Under the pieces are notes generated by a model. That model worked only from the letters and a program-made list of their open reading frames with translations, had not been told where the DNA came from and made no database searches. Made by a program: the position numbers and the translations under genes. A stretch of DNA of 64,000 nt from NCBI GenBank assembly GCA_043805415.1, contig JAZDHZ010000027.1, forward strand, positions 2,089 through 66,088, written 5' to 3'. Positions 18,095-27,402 of the stretch are shown in pieces. Each line of letters opens with the position of its first letter. Positions within the stretch are counted from its first letter, which is position 1. This DNA is from Candidatus Omnitrophota bacterium (GTDB lineage Bacteria; Omnitrophota; Gorgyraeia; B26-G9).

Positions 18095-19951
18095 TTACGC
18101 TAAAAGCCATAGTAGCTTTTTTAATTGCATAATATCAAGCGGCTTTCCTATAACCGGAATTGCTTTTTTATTAATATATTCATTTAATCGCTCAAAAGCC
18201 ACCGGCTGCCCGGACATTATTAATATCGGAATATCTTTGGTTCTCATATCCTCTTTTAAATGTCCGATAACTTCATAACCATTCATATTAGGCATTTGCA
18301 TATCCAGGATCATAATATCTGGGATATCCTTCTTAATTGCCCGCAGCGCCTGTTCTCCATCATTGACTGTACTTACATTGATATATCCAAAACCTTTTAA
18401 AATATCCTTTAAAAGATGGACTACGGCAACATCATCATCAACAATAAGAATCTTGTTTAGCGCCTGTTCTTTTTGCGCGTCAACCAATGAATTCTGGGCT
18501 TGCTCAAATAAATTAATCGCCGAATCGCTGTCTTGAGAATAAACCGCGTAACCGCAAGAAAAAGCAATATCCCAGTTGTCAGGGAATTTAAATAACGCGC
18601 CTTTGATAATCCGTTTTACTTTATCTTTCCAGCTGCTGACATCCTGAGTGCCGGCATCACTTAATAATACTACTTGCCTTTTATTTTTCAAAATAATCGG
18701 CTGCGCAAAGCCAATTATTTGCTTAAATTGGCTAAAAACCTCATCAAGAACCAGGTCCATTTTTTCTTTCCCATATTTCTCTTCAATGGTTTTAAAATCA
18801 TGAAAAGATATTAGAAAGATCGTACATTCTTTTTGTTCTTTTTTGGCGAATTTAATCAGTCGATCAATTGATTCGATCACTATTGACTCAGCTGCTGTTT
18901 GTTTGGGTAAAGTAAAGATGAACTTCGTCCCTTCATTCTCTTTACTTTCCACCCAGATATTTCCCTTATGCAAATCAACTATACCCTTAGCAATTGTTAA
19001 TCCCAAACCTGTGCCTTTTTCTCCTGGACCATATTCTCTGCCAACCTGTTTAAATTTATCAAATACTTTAGCTAAATCTTCTTGGCCAATACCTTTGCCA
19101 GAGTCAATTATTGAACATTCTACTTTATCGCCTTTATCCACTGCTGATATTTCGATATAACCTTGATTTGTAAACTTTAAGGCATTGCCGATTAAATTTG
19201 TTAAAACCTGGATGATTTTGTCACGGTCTGCGTAAACCTCGATTTGATCATGAGAAAAACTAACTTTTCCTTCAAGCTGCTTTTCCCGGAACCGAAGCGC
19301 GAAAGTATTCTGTACCTGTTTTATCAACCCAACAATATCAAGTGTTTCTTGATTAAGATCAACTCGTTTTGCCTCAATTTTAGCAATATCCAATAAATCA
19401 TTAATAATCCGCATCAAGCGATCCACATCCTGCAAACACATGGTTAAAAATTCCCTTTGTTCCGGAGTTGTTTCTCCTAATAATCCATCCAGTACCTGAG
19501 AAACAGCTTCCCGAATTGTGGTCAAAGGAGTCCGCAGCTCATGCGATACTGTGCTCACAAGATCATCTTTAAGCTGTTCTGCTTTTTTGCGGGCTGAAAT
19601 ATCTTTTATAATATGAACTATTCTGTAAACCTGATGGTTATCATCAAGCAATGGACATGTTGTTACTTCAATAAATTTACCCAGTTTCTGATCATAAGTT
19701 TCCAAAGTCTCAATTCTTTTGGTTTTAATTGATTTCTTATGCGGGCACCCTTGAATACATTCTGGAGTTCCATGAACGATGCTATAACAAGTTTTGCCTT
19801 GAGATTCATCTCTTTCCATATCAAACGCATCAGCAAAAGCTTTATTAACTCGGATAATATTATTATCCGTATCCTGGATTGAAATCAGATCACTAAAAGT
19901 GTTAAAAATATTTTCCCAATCATCAGCTAATTGTTTAATTTTAGGTTTCAC
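18095..19951 (-). CDS. Hybrid sensor histidine kinase (PAS, HisKA, HATPase_c, a GGDEF-like degenerate middle domain, C-terminal receiver)
   Basis: H-box SHELRTPL. G-boxes GTGLGL. Cys-rich PAS region CYSIVHGTPECIQGCPH. C-terminal ILIVDDD...LDMQMPNMNG receiver. Confidence 0.75.
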   Translation of the reverse strand: MKPKIKQLADDWENIFNTFSDLISIQDTDNNIIRVNKAFADAFDMERDESQGKTCYSIVHGTPECIQGCPHKKSIKTKRIETLETYDQKLGKFIEVTTCPLLDDNHQVYRIVHIIKDISARKKAEQLKDDLVSTVSHELRTPLTTIREAVSQVLDGLLGETTPEQREFLTMCLQDVDRLMRIINDLLDIAKIEAKRVDLNQETLDIVGLIKQVQNTFALRFREKQLEGKVSFSHDQIEVYADRDKIIQVLTNLIGNALKFTNQGYIEISAVDKGDKVECSIIDSGKGIGQEDLAKVFDKFKQVGREYGPGEKGTGLGLTIAKGIVDLHKGNIWVESKENEGTKFIFTLPKQTAAESIVIESIDRLIKFAKKEQKECTIFLISFHDFKTIEEKYGKEKMDLVLDEVFSQFKQIIGFAQPIILKNKRQVVLLSDAGTQDVSSWKDKVKRIIKGALFKFPDNWDIAFSCGYAVYSQDSDSAINLFEQAQNSLVDAQKEQALNKILIVDDDVAVVHLLKDILKGFGYINVSTVNDGEQALRAIKKDIPDIMILDMQMPNMNGYEVIGHLKEDMRTKDIPILIMSGQPVAFERLNEYINKKAIPVIGKPLDIMQLKKLLWLLA

Positions 19952-20049
19952 TTACCTGTACCCCTGAATATTTTTAATTACCATGGACAGCAAAAATTAT
20001 TATATAACAATTTATCTCTAATTAACCCATCTTTTTTGTTTTGCACTAC

Positions 20050-20424
20050 TTATTTACCAATCATTTTCTCTATTGTCCGCAACAACTCATCAGGTTCAAA
20101 CGGTTTGCGCATAAACCCTTCAGCATTATACTCCTTTGATTTAGAAGACAGATCTTCCGCGCTGCTGGCACTGAGAAATATCACCGGGATTGCGGCAGTC
20201 TGGGGATCATCTTTTAGCTTTTTACAAACTTCAAAGCCATCCATTAAAGGCAGTCTTATATCCAGCAATATAAAATTCGGCAGCTCGCTTTTGGCCATTT
20301 GCCATCCAGCCTGACCATCCGCGGCAGTCAAGACCTCATAACCTGCTTTTCGTAGCCTGAACATGACTACTCTTAGAATGTCCGGTTCATCATCAATAAT
20401 AAGTATTCTTTTTTTTTCACGCAT
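20050..20424 (-). CDS. Single-domain CheY-like response regulator
   Basis: 124 aa. ILIIDDEPD...LDIRLPLMDG...K. Confidence 0.8.
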   Translation of the reverse strand: MREKKRILIIDDEPDILRVVMFRLRKAGYEVLTAADGQAGWQMAKSELPNFILLDIRLPLMDGFEVCKKLKDDPQTAAIPVIFLSASSAEDLSSKSKEYNAEGFMRKPFEPDELLRTIEKMIGK

Positions 20425-20442
20425 AAACTAAGCCCTCTTTAA

Positions 20443-22902
20443 CTAAACCTTTAATATTATATTTATTGTTTTAATCAAATCTTCTGTTTTAAATGGTTTC
20501 GCGATCCAGGGCAAAGCCATATCTTCCGGCAATTTTTGCATCCGGGAAATTTCATCGCCAAATCCTGACATTAATAATACCGGAATATTTTGCGCTGATT
20601 TATCACTTTTCAGCCAGCCGACTAATTCCAAACCATTCATATCCTTAAGTCTGATATCACTAATAACCAAATCGGGTTTTTTCTCTGTGGCCATAAGAAA
20701 TCCTTGCTGCCCTGAAGAAGAAGTAAGAACATTATATCCGGCTTCAGACAGATTAATTCGGCAAAGCTCCAGCAAATCTTCTTCGTCATCAATAATCAGA
20801 ATTGTACATTTTGGGCTAACTGGTAATATAACTTTAAATTCCGTACCCTTGCCATACTCTGATTCAATCAAAACCCTGCCTTTATGCTGTTCAATAATCT
20901 CCTTAGAAATTGCTAAGCCTAGCCCAGTTCCTCCGGTTTTCCGCTGGTTTAAACCGCCCAGCTGCTGAAATTTTTGAAATAATTTAGGCAAATCTTCTTT
21001 TTTAACCCCCATGCCTGTATCTTGCACGGAAATGCTGACGCTGTTTGTTTGCGGTTCATAAGCCGTAGAAACCGTTATTCCGCCGGTATCGGTGAATTTT
21101 ATCGCGTTGCTAAGCAGATTATTCATAACCTGAAGCATCCTGTCCATATCAAAAACAATTAAAGGCAAGTCTGTGCCGGGCCGCTGATTAAGATATAAGC
21201 CTTTATCTCTTGCAACCGGAGTATGAATTTTAATCACTTCAATCACCGCGTCATTAATATCCGCTTTTCGCATTCTAAACTCAAGTTTTTTTGATTCTAA
21301 TTTGGCAAAATCAAGAACATCATCAATCAGTCTTTTTAATCTATCCACATTGCGTTTTGCCATGCCGAGAAATTCCTTCTGATCAGCATTAACCTCGCCA
21401 GCTTCTCCCTCTAGCACAATCGCTATCCCTTCTTTAATCGCGGTTAACGGTGTGCGCAGCTCATGCGAAACCATTGAGGTAAATTCACTTTTTATTTCAT
21501 ACATTTCTCTGATTTTTTTAGCACTCTCTTTTAATGTGTTTTCCGCTTCTTTAATTTCCGTAATATCCTCAAAAACAGCAACCATTCTGGCTAATGAGCC
21601 GGATCCGGGGATAGACGCGGCATTCAGTCTGCAAAGAATTTGTTTTAAATCTTTACATTTACACATAAACTCTATTTCACATTTACCGGTTTTCTCAATA
21701 GCGGAATGAATTACTTCAAAACAAGAATAAGCATCCTCAGCAGAAATAAATAATTTACTAATGTCCCATCCGATAATTTCTTCTGGCATCCATCCAAAAA
21801 CTCTTTCCACCCCATTATTAGCAAAAACAACCTTATCGTCCGCAAGCCCGATTATCGCATGGGGTATTGAATCCATTAAAGCCCGGATCCTTCCTTCACT
21901 CTCAACTAGATTATCTTCAATCAGTTTCCTTTCGCCAATTTCTTCTTCTAATTCTTTATTCACACTATCCAGACTATTCTGCATTGCTTTTCGCTCAATA
22001 ATCTCCTCTTCCAGATTTTTATTAACAATCGAAAGTTCTTGTCCCCTTAGTTTTTCTAAATTCATTAACTCTTCTTCTTTTTTTATAAGCTGATCAATTT
22101 TTTCAATCATTTCATTAAACATTCCCATCAGCAAACCTATTTCATCTTGTGCTTTAGGCTTAAGCCTTACTGTCATATCGCCTTGCGAAACACGGCTTAA
22201 GGCCCGCTCAACAGTCTGAATCGGATGAATAACTATCTTAAACAGCAAAATAATAACCCCGAGGCTGATTAAGATAAGGCCTACCAGTGAAACCATAATA
22301 TTAAGCTTACGCGCTGAATTAATTGACTGCAGTACAGGCTCCCAGTCCAGACTGACGTTTAAAACACCAAGGACATCAAGCTTGGGGCTATGGCATAACA
22401 TACATTCCTTTTCATTCCGAATCGGGATTGCCTCTGTAAAAACTGTTTCTTCTGGCTTGTTCCAGACTTCAATCCCATAAGATTGTGTTGTGGAAACTTT
22501 TTGTTTTGATTTGTTCCCGGATTCAATTCCATAAGATTCTTCACCACGAAATGCCTTGGTAATTAAAGAGGATATTGCTATTTTATCAATCATTTTTAGA
22601 TCAGTGCTTCTTTTTATAATCCCCAGATGATCAAGCAAACTGATTGATTTAATCTCGGATAATTTACTAAGATTATCAAAATGACGTTGGACAACCTCTT
22701 GCTCTCCCTCAAGCATCGGGTAACGGATCCCGGAAAGAATAATCGCTCCTAACTCACTGGCTTCTTTGCGTCCTCGATTAAGCAATATCTCTTTTTGCGC
22801 GGAAAAGTTCATGAAAGTAATCGCAGACAATACTCCGACAAAAATAAGACCAAGGAAAACGATTATTTTCGCACTCAGAGATTTATGGATTTTTCTTAAC
22901 AT
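20443..22902 (-). CDS. Hybrid sensor histidine kinase with periplasmic sensor domain carrying a CxxCH heme-c motif, plus HAMP, coiled coil, PAS, HisKA, HATPase_c and receiver
   Basis: Two TM segments flank a ~170-aa periplasmic region containing CMLCH. SHELRTPL H-box. GTGLGL. C-terminal TILIIDDEED...DIRLKDMNG receiver. 819 aa. Confidence 0.75.
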   Translation of the reverse strand: MLRKIHKSLSAKIIVFLGLIFVGVLSAITFMNFSAQKEILLNRGRKEASELGAIILSGIRYPMLEGEQEVVQRHFDNLSKLSEIKSISLLDHLGIIKRSTDLKMIDKIAISSLITKAFRGEESYGIESGNKSKQKVSTTQSYGIEVWNKPEETVFTEAIPIRNEKECMLCHSPKLDVLGVLNVSLDWEPVLQSINSARKLNIMVSLVGLILISLGVIILLFKIVIHPIQTVERALSRVSQGDMTVRLKPKAQDEIGLLMGMFNEMIEKIDQLIKKEEELMNLEKLRGQELSIVNKNLEEEIIERKAMQNSLDSVNKELEEEIGERKLIEDNLVESEGRIRALMDSIPHAIIGLADDKVVFANNGVERVFGWMPEEIIGWDISKLFISAEDAYSCFEVIHSAIEKTGKCEIEFMCKCKDLKQILCRLNAASIPGSGSLARMVAVFEDITEIKEAENTLKESAKKIREMYEIKSEFTSMVSHELRTPLTAIKEGIAIVLEGEAGEVNADQKEFLGMAKRNVDRLKRLIDDVLDFAKLESKKLEFRMRKADINDAVIEVIKIHTPVARDKGLYLNQRPGTDLPLIVFDMDRMLQVMNNLLSNAIKFTDTGGITVSTAYEPQTNSVSISVQDTGMGVKKEDLPKLFQKFQQLGGLNQRKTGGTGLGLAISKEIIEQHKGRVLIESEYGKGTEFKVILPVSPKCTILIIDDEEDLLELCRINLSEAGYNVLTSSSGQQGFLMATEKKPDLVISDIRLKDMNGLELVGWLKSDKSAQNIPVLLMSGFGDEISRMQKLPEDMALPWIAKPFKTEDLIKTINIILKV

Positions 22903-23422
22903 ATATGCTGACTCCTTTATACATCGTGCGCCATGGATAGAGAAAAACAGAATAGTTAAATCCGGTATGTTTAATTATTCAATAGATTTATGCTGCGATT
23001 GCTCTCGGCAAATATGTTTTTTCAGTAAAACCATAAAATATTTGCAGCCTGAAATAGCCAACAATTTTGCTTGTAAGCATCAAAATAATACACGCATCCC
23101 CTCTTCCCTAATTCACCAAATATTGCTGCTGACAACAAACTTGACCCGAGATATTTATTAACTATTATAGTATAGAATAAATTTAAAAGTCAATGCATCT
23201 TTCAGAAGGTATCATTATTAGATAAAAATTGATTTTACGTCATTAGCAAACGAAATATTGCTGGAATTTTTTTCTGAGATAAGCTATACTATATTGCAAA
23301 ATAAAGCGGTTACAGTTCTAAAAGCTAAATCCGGAATTAAACTAAATTTCAAACCAAAAATCCATAAACCTTAATAACTTTTGTTCCAGACTTAAGTTAT
23401 TGCTTAATTGAAAGGAAGCACT

Positions 23423-24172
23423 ATGTATAAAGTTGTTTTATTGCGTCATGGAGAAAGTATTTGGAATAAAGAAAATAAGTTCACTGGTTGGACAGATGTT
23501 GACTTATCAGAAAAGGGGATTATTGAAGCCACCCAAGCAGGAAAATTACTCAAAGAACAAGGTTATACTTTTGATATTGCTTATACTTCCGTGCTTAAAA
23601 GAGCAATCAGAACATTGTGGTTAACCTTGGATCAGATGGATTTAATGTGGATACCAGTTGTCCGCAGCTGGAGATTAAATGAACGCCATTATGGCACATT
23701 GCAAGGCCTGAACAAAGCCGAAACAGCGGCTAAATACGGTGACGATCAGGTACTTGTTTGGCGTAGAAGTTATGATATCCCGCCTCCGGCACTGGAAAAA
23801 AAAGACCCCCGCTATCCTGGCAATGACCCGAAATACGCGGATTTAAATGAAAAAGACACGCCTTTAACTGAGTGTTTAAAAGATACAGTTGAACGCTTTC
23901 TGCCCTATTGGCATGAAACCATTGCTCCAGCAATAAAATCCGGGGAAAAAGTGCTTATTGCCGCGCATGGCAATAGCCTGCGCGCTTTGGTAAAATACCT
24001 CGACAAAACTTCCGATGAGGAAATTGTAAATCTTAATATTCCTACTGCCATACCTTTGGTATATGAGCTTGACGCGAATTTAAAACCAATAAAAAGTTAT
24101 TATTTAGGTGACCAGGAAGCAATTAAAAAAGCAATGAATGCCGTCGCTAATCAGGGAAAAGCGAAAAAATAG
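23423..24172 (+). CDS. gpmA: 2,3-bisphosphoglycerate-dependent phosphoglycerate mutase
   Basis: [32 protein letters not shown] (RHG catalytic His). Shine-Dalgarno AAAGGAAG at 23411. The ORF track TTG start at 23408 is less likely. Confidence 0.9.
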   Translation: MYKVVLLRHGESIWNKENKFTGWTDVDLSEKGIIEATQAGKLLKEQGYTFDIAYTSVLKRAIRTLWLTLDQMDLMWIPVVRSWRLNERHYGTLQGLNKAETAAKYGDDQVLVWRRSYDIPPPALEKKDPRYPGNDPKYADLNEKDTPLTECLKDTVERFLPYWHETIAPAIKSGEKVLIAAHGNSLRALVKYLDKTSDEEIVNLNIPTAIPLVYELDANLKPIKSYYLGDQEAIKKAMNAVANQGKAKK

Positions 24173-24226
24173 CGGTTAGCGTTTATATATTCATAACCAA
24201 GCACTATTCGCTAACCGCTGTTTTTT
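24171..24226 (+). terminator. Rho-independent terminator, bidirectional, serving gpmA and the convergent amidase gene
   Basis: Stem AGCGGTTAGCG (24171..24181) pairs with CGCTAACCGCT (24209..24219), followed by GTTTTTT. On the minus strand the hairpin is followed by ATTTTTT. Confidence 0.6.
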
Positions 24227-25004
24227 AAAGTTTGCTTTTAAAATCAGTCCAGGGAAATTTAGTTCCTGGACATTCAGTTTTTGCCCCTTTTACCTGCCCA
24301 TGTCCCAATATATTCTTTAGCGGGATATTGTAATATTTGCGCAAACGGTTAACCAAATAAATCAAAGAATCCATCTGTTTTTTAGAAACCCGGTCTTGGT
24401 TAAAATTTCCCACCAGACAAATTCCAATTGCTTTACAGTTCATCTCCCCGGCTTTACAATGCGCCCCATCTTCCTGTTTAATCCAGCGCGGAGAAACCTC
24501 AATCTGCCCATCAGGCTTATTAGCAGTCCCATTGGCAATCACAAAATCATACCCCAAACCTCGGTCAAAACCCCGAGCATGATGTGATTGATCAAAACCA
24601 AGCGCGCTGCCGGAATCAGTAGCACTATGATGAATAATAATATACTTCCATTTTTTGGAAGGATAAAGCGTGACAACTGGCCGAGCAGGAGCAGCCTGAA
24701 ATATTTTAAGACGCTGTCCTTTTTCTAAAGAGCTTGAGTTTTTTAATTTATTTTCTCTGACAATATCATCAATTGATACATCATACATTTTGCTGATTCG
24801 CCACACTGTCTCTCCCGGCGCTACAACATGAACAATAGTACTGCGCATGCCTGGAGGAAAAATTTCCGGAGTTGTTTGCGGCGGTATTATTGGTGGCGGT
24901 AATGCCTGTCTAACCGGAGCCCGGGCACATGAGCTTAAGCTCAGCAATATAAAGATAATCATCGTAATCTGATTTAATCTTTTAAGTCTTTTGAACATCT
25001 CCAT
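24225..25004 (-). CDS. LysM-domain N-acetylmuramoyl-L-alanine amidase (Amidase_2/PGRP-type), secreted
   Basis: Signal peptide. LysM GETVWRISKMYDVSIDDIVRENKL. Amidase_2 WKYIIIHHSATDSG...C. Confidence 0.75.
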   Translation of the reverse strand: MEMFKRLKRLNQITMIIFILLSLSSCARAPVRQALPPPIIPPQTTPEIFPPGMRSTIVHVVAPGETVWRISKMYDVSIDDIVRENKLKNSSSLEKGQRLKIFQAAPARPVVTLYPSKKWKYIIIHHSATDSGSALGFDQSHHARGFDRGLGYDFVIANGTANKPDGQIEVSPRWIKQEDGAHCKAGEMNCKAIGICLVGNFNQDRVSKKQMDSLIYLVNRLRKYYNIPLKNILGHGQVKGAKTECPGTKFPWTDFKSKL

Positions 25005-25007
25005 AAT

Positions 25008-25637
25008 TTACTCATCATGTCCTATGAGAGGCGATTTGACAAACAATAAAGGAAATACAATATCACTAAAACAGCAGGGAATCCATACTGAAAGAAACAA
25101 AAATACCATTATTGGAATATAAATAATTATATTAATACTTGTTTCTTTAGCCATTAAGATATGAAACATCGAAGCAAAAGTACTAAGTAATACATGCCCT
25201 AAATGCGGGAATTTTGTGGTTGGATTAAAATAAGCAATAATGATTCCCAATAATGCCATGGAATTTATTAGCAATGGTCTTTCGATAAAACCAGCATGAA
25301 GATGAGAATGCGGCATATTCAGCAGTTTTTCGCCAAAAAAAGGAATAACTGAATCGCTTACAGTTGCCACGCCGATTGATCCGACATAACCCACAAGCAG
25401 AATAAATAAAGGATTACACTTCTTCTTATCCGCTGGGCATTGATAACGTTTATACATTGCTGCTGTTGTTAAAGCGCTTAATAATACATGTCCCGGATGA
25501 CAAATATAAAAAAGATTTTCCGCTGATTGGTAAGATATCTTATGCAAAAAGAAAACAAGGATGATCCCGATAATCGCGCCGCTTAAAGTCATTGGCGCGT
25601 GTTCTTTTAATTCTTTTACAATTTCTTTAAATAACAT
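25008..25637 (-). CDS. Hypothetical polytopic membrane protein, His/Cys-rich
   Basis: 209 aa, ~6 predicted TM helices, with conserved-looking His pairs (HPGH, HSHLH, HLGH). Tightly packed between the amidase and lipA. Confidence 0.4.
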   Translation of the reverse strand: MLFKEIVKELKEHAPMTLSGAIIGIILVFFLHKISYQSAENLFYICHPGHVLLSALTTAAMYKRYQCPADKKKCNPLFILLVGYVGSIGVATVSDSVIPFFGEKLLNMPHSHLHAGFIERPLLINSMALLGIIIAYFNPTTKFPHLGHVLLSTFASMFHILMAKETSINIIIYIPIMVFLFLSVWIPCCFSDIVFPLLFVKSPLIGHDE

Positions 25638-25648
25638 GCTATTACTCC

Positions 25649-26503
25649 TTATAAATATTCAGACGCAAGATAAGAACTCCGCACATACGGACCGCTTTCA
25701 ATATGCGAAAACCCAAATTCCTCAGCTTTTTGCTTATAAAAATTAAACCTGTCCGGATGAATAAATTCCCTGACTTGATAATGCTGTTTACTGGGAGCTA
25801 AATACTGTCCGATACTGAGAAAATCACAGCCTGTTTTCTTTATATCTTTCAAAACTTCCAATGCTTGCCCTTCTGTTTCTCCCAGTCCTAGCATAATTCC
25901 CGATTTTATATATTTATCAGGAGCAATGTCTTTAGCTGTTTTTAAAACGTTTAATGACCTTTGATAATCAGAACCAATCCTAACCTGGGGATAAAGATCC
26001 GACACTGTTTCAATGTTGTGAGCAAAAATATCACAGCCAGCTTGGATCACTTGTTTAATTGATTCAACCTGTCCCTGAAAATCAGGGACAAGAACTTCAA
26101 CTGTAATATTAGGATCTATGGATTTTACTGCTTTTATATTTTGGACAAACGCTTCTGCTCCCCCATCAGCGAGATCATCGCGAGTTACACTGGTTATTAC
26201 TACATGCTTTAATCCGAGCCTGTTTACGGCTTCTGCCAATCTTTGCGGCTCAGCATGATCAACCATCTGCGGTTTCCCGCTTTTTACTGCGCAAAAGCGG
26301 CAATTACGGGTGCAAACATTTCCCAATATAAGAAAAGTCGCCACTCTTGCCGAAAAGCACTCACTAATATTTGGACAATGAGCTTCTTTACATACAGTAT
26401 TAAGCTCTAATTGTCCAAAAAGCTGATGCAAATCTAAGCACTTAGCTAAATTAACCTTTTTCTTAAGCCAATGCGGTTTTTTTACGGTTTCCATTATATT
26501 CAT
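25649..26503 (-). CDS. lipA: Lipoyl synthase
   Basis: CPNISEC plus radical SAM CTRNCRFC motifs. 284 aa. Confidence 0.9.
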   Translation of the reverse strand: MNIMETVKKPHWLKKKVNLAKCLDLHQLFGQLELNTVCKEAHCPNISECFSARVATFLILGNVCTRNCRFCAVKSGKPQMVDHAEPQRLAEAVNRLGLKHVVITSVTRDDLADGGAEAFVQNIKAVKSIDPNITVEVLVPDFQGQVESIKQVIQAGCDIFAHNIETVSDLYPQVRIGSDYQRSLNVLKTAKDIAPDKYIKSGIMLGLGETEGQALEVLKDIKKTGCDFLSIGQYLAPSKQHYQVREFIHPDRFNFYKQKAEEFGFSHIESGPYVRSSYLASEYL

Positions 26504-26532
26504 TGATTAAATAACCTTATTATATCAAAAGA

Positions 26533-27357
26533 TTAGTCTTCTTGTTTTTTAACTATACTCGCTTTTTTAAAATAATTCCATTGTTTGGTCTTATACTTTT
26601 CTTCATTCAATGTATGCGTTAAATCTTCTTCTGATCTGGTTAAAATTGTTTTTTTCAAGCAAACATCATACGAAGATTTAAACGAATCTATCAATAAAAG
26701 AGATATTTCTTTCAAACTAATCTCTCTTTTAAGTTCTTCTTGCAAACAAGTAACCCGTTGCTCTATGCCTTCTAGGTCCTCTTTAACAAAAGTTTTAATC
26801 TTGGGAAAATCTAATGTCAAAGGGATTGAACCATGCTGAAAAATAATATCCCGCGAGCGTTTTTGCGCGTTTCCCCCGATTTTTTTATCACCAATCATAA
26901 TATCAAATTTCTCGGTTGTGGCAAAACAAAACTCAGAAGGGTCTCCATGTTTATACTTATCAATATCTCCGGCAAAGAACGGTTTCAATCCAAGCTCTCG
27001 ATAGGCATTAAACACAAAGGCTGTTAAAACGCGGAAACTTTTTTTAACTGAATCAGAAACATTTAAGTCTTGCTTGGAACAAACAATGCTATAGGTTATT
27101 TCATTATCATGGAATATTGCTTCACCACCGGTAATCCTCCGGACAAAATCTAGTTTATACACTAGACATTGTGATAGATTTAAAGCACTCGCCGGAACCT
27201 GAGAAGAACCCAAAGAAATAGCCGCTGGCTTCCAGCTATATATCCGCAGGGTCGGCATTCCCCCTTTATATATATACGTCTGCAATATGGATTCATCAAT
27301 AGCCATATTTGTATACGCATCATTTGCAGGGGAAATTATTAAACGCCAATTAATCAT
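26533..27357 (-). CDS. Lipoate-protein ligase / octanoyltransferase family protein (LplA/LipM-like BPL_LPL catalytic domain)
   Basis: GGNAQKRSRDIIFQHGSIPL lysine motif. Preferred ATG at 27357. The ORF track TTG at 27393 is less likely. Confidence 0.7.
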   Translation of the reverse strand: MINWRLIISPANDAYTNMAIDESILQTYIYKGGMPTLRIYSWKPAAISLGSSQVPASALNLSQCLVYKLDFVRRITGGEAIFHDNEITYSIVCSKQDLNVSDSVKKSFRVLTAFVFNAYRELGLKPFFAGDIDKYKHGDPSEFCFATTEKFDIMIGDKKIGGNAQKRSRDIIFQHGSIPLTLDFPKIKTFVKEDLEGIEQRVTCLQEELKREISLKEISLLLIDSFKSSYDVCLKKTILTRSEEDLTHTLNEEKYKTKQWNYFKKASIVKKQED

Positions 27358-27402
27358 ACATTGAAGATTCCAAACTATAGTTGTAAATAACAAATTTATG
27401 TA

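Noticed and set aside
22440-22560. ~20-bp imperfect direct duplication (ggaatcaatcccataagattg / ggattcaattccataagattc).
   Set aside because: It lies inside the periplasmic-domain coding region of the 819-aa kinase (SYGIE... repeated). This is an intragenic duplication, not a mobile element or regulatory repeat.
22766-23161. 131-aa plus-strand ORF spanning the kinase gene start and the kinase/gpmA divergent intergenic region.
   Set aside because: It overlaps the 5' end of the kinase gene in antisense. There is no ribosome-binding site and the composition is non-coding-like.
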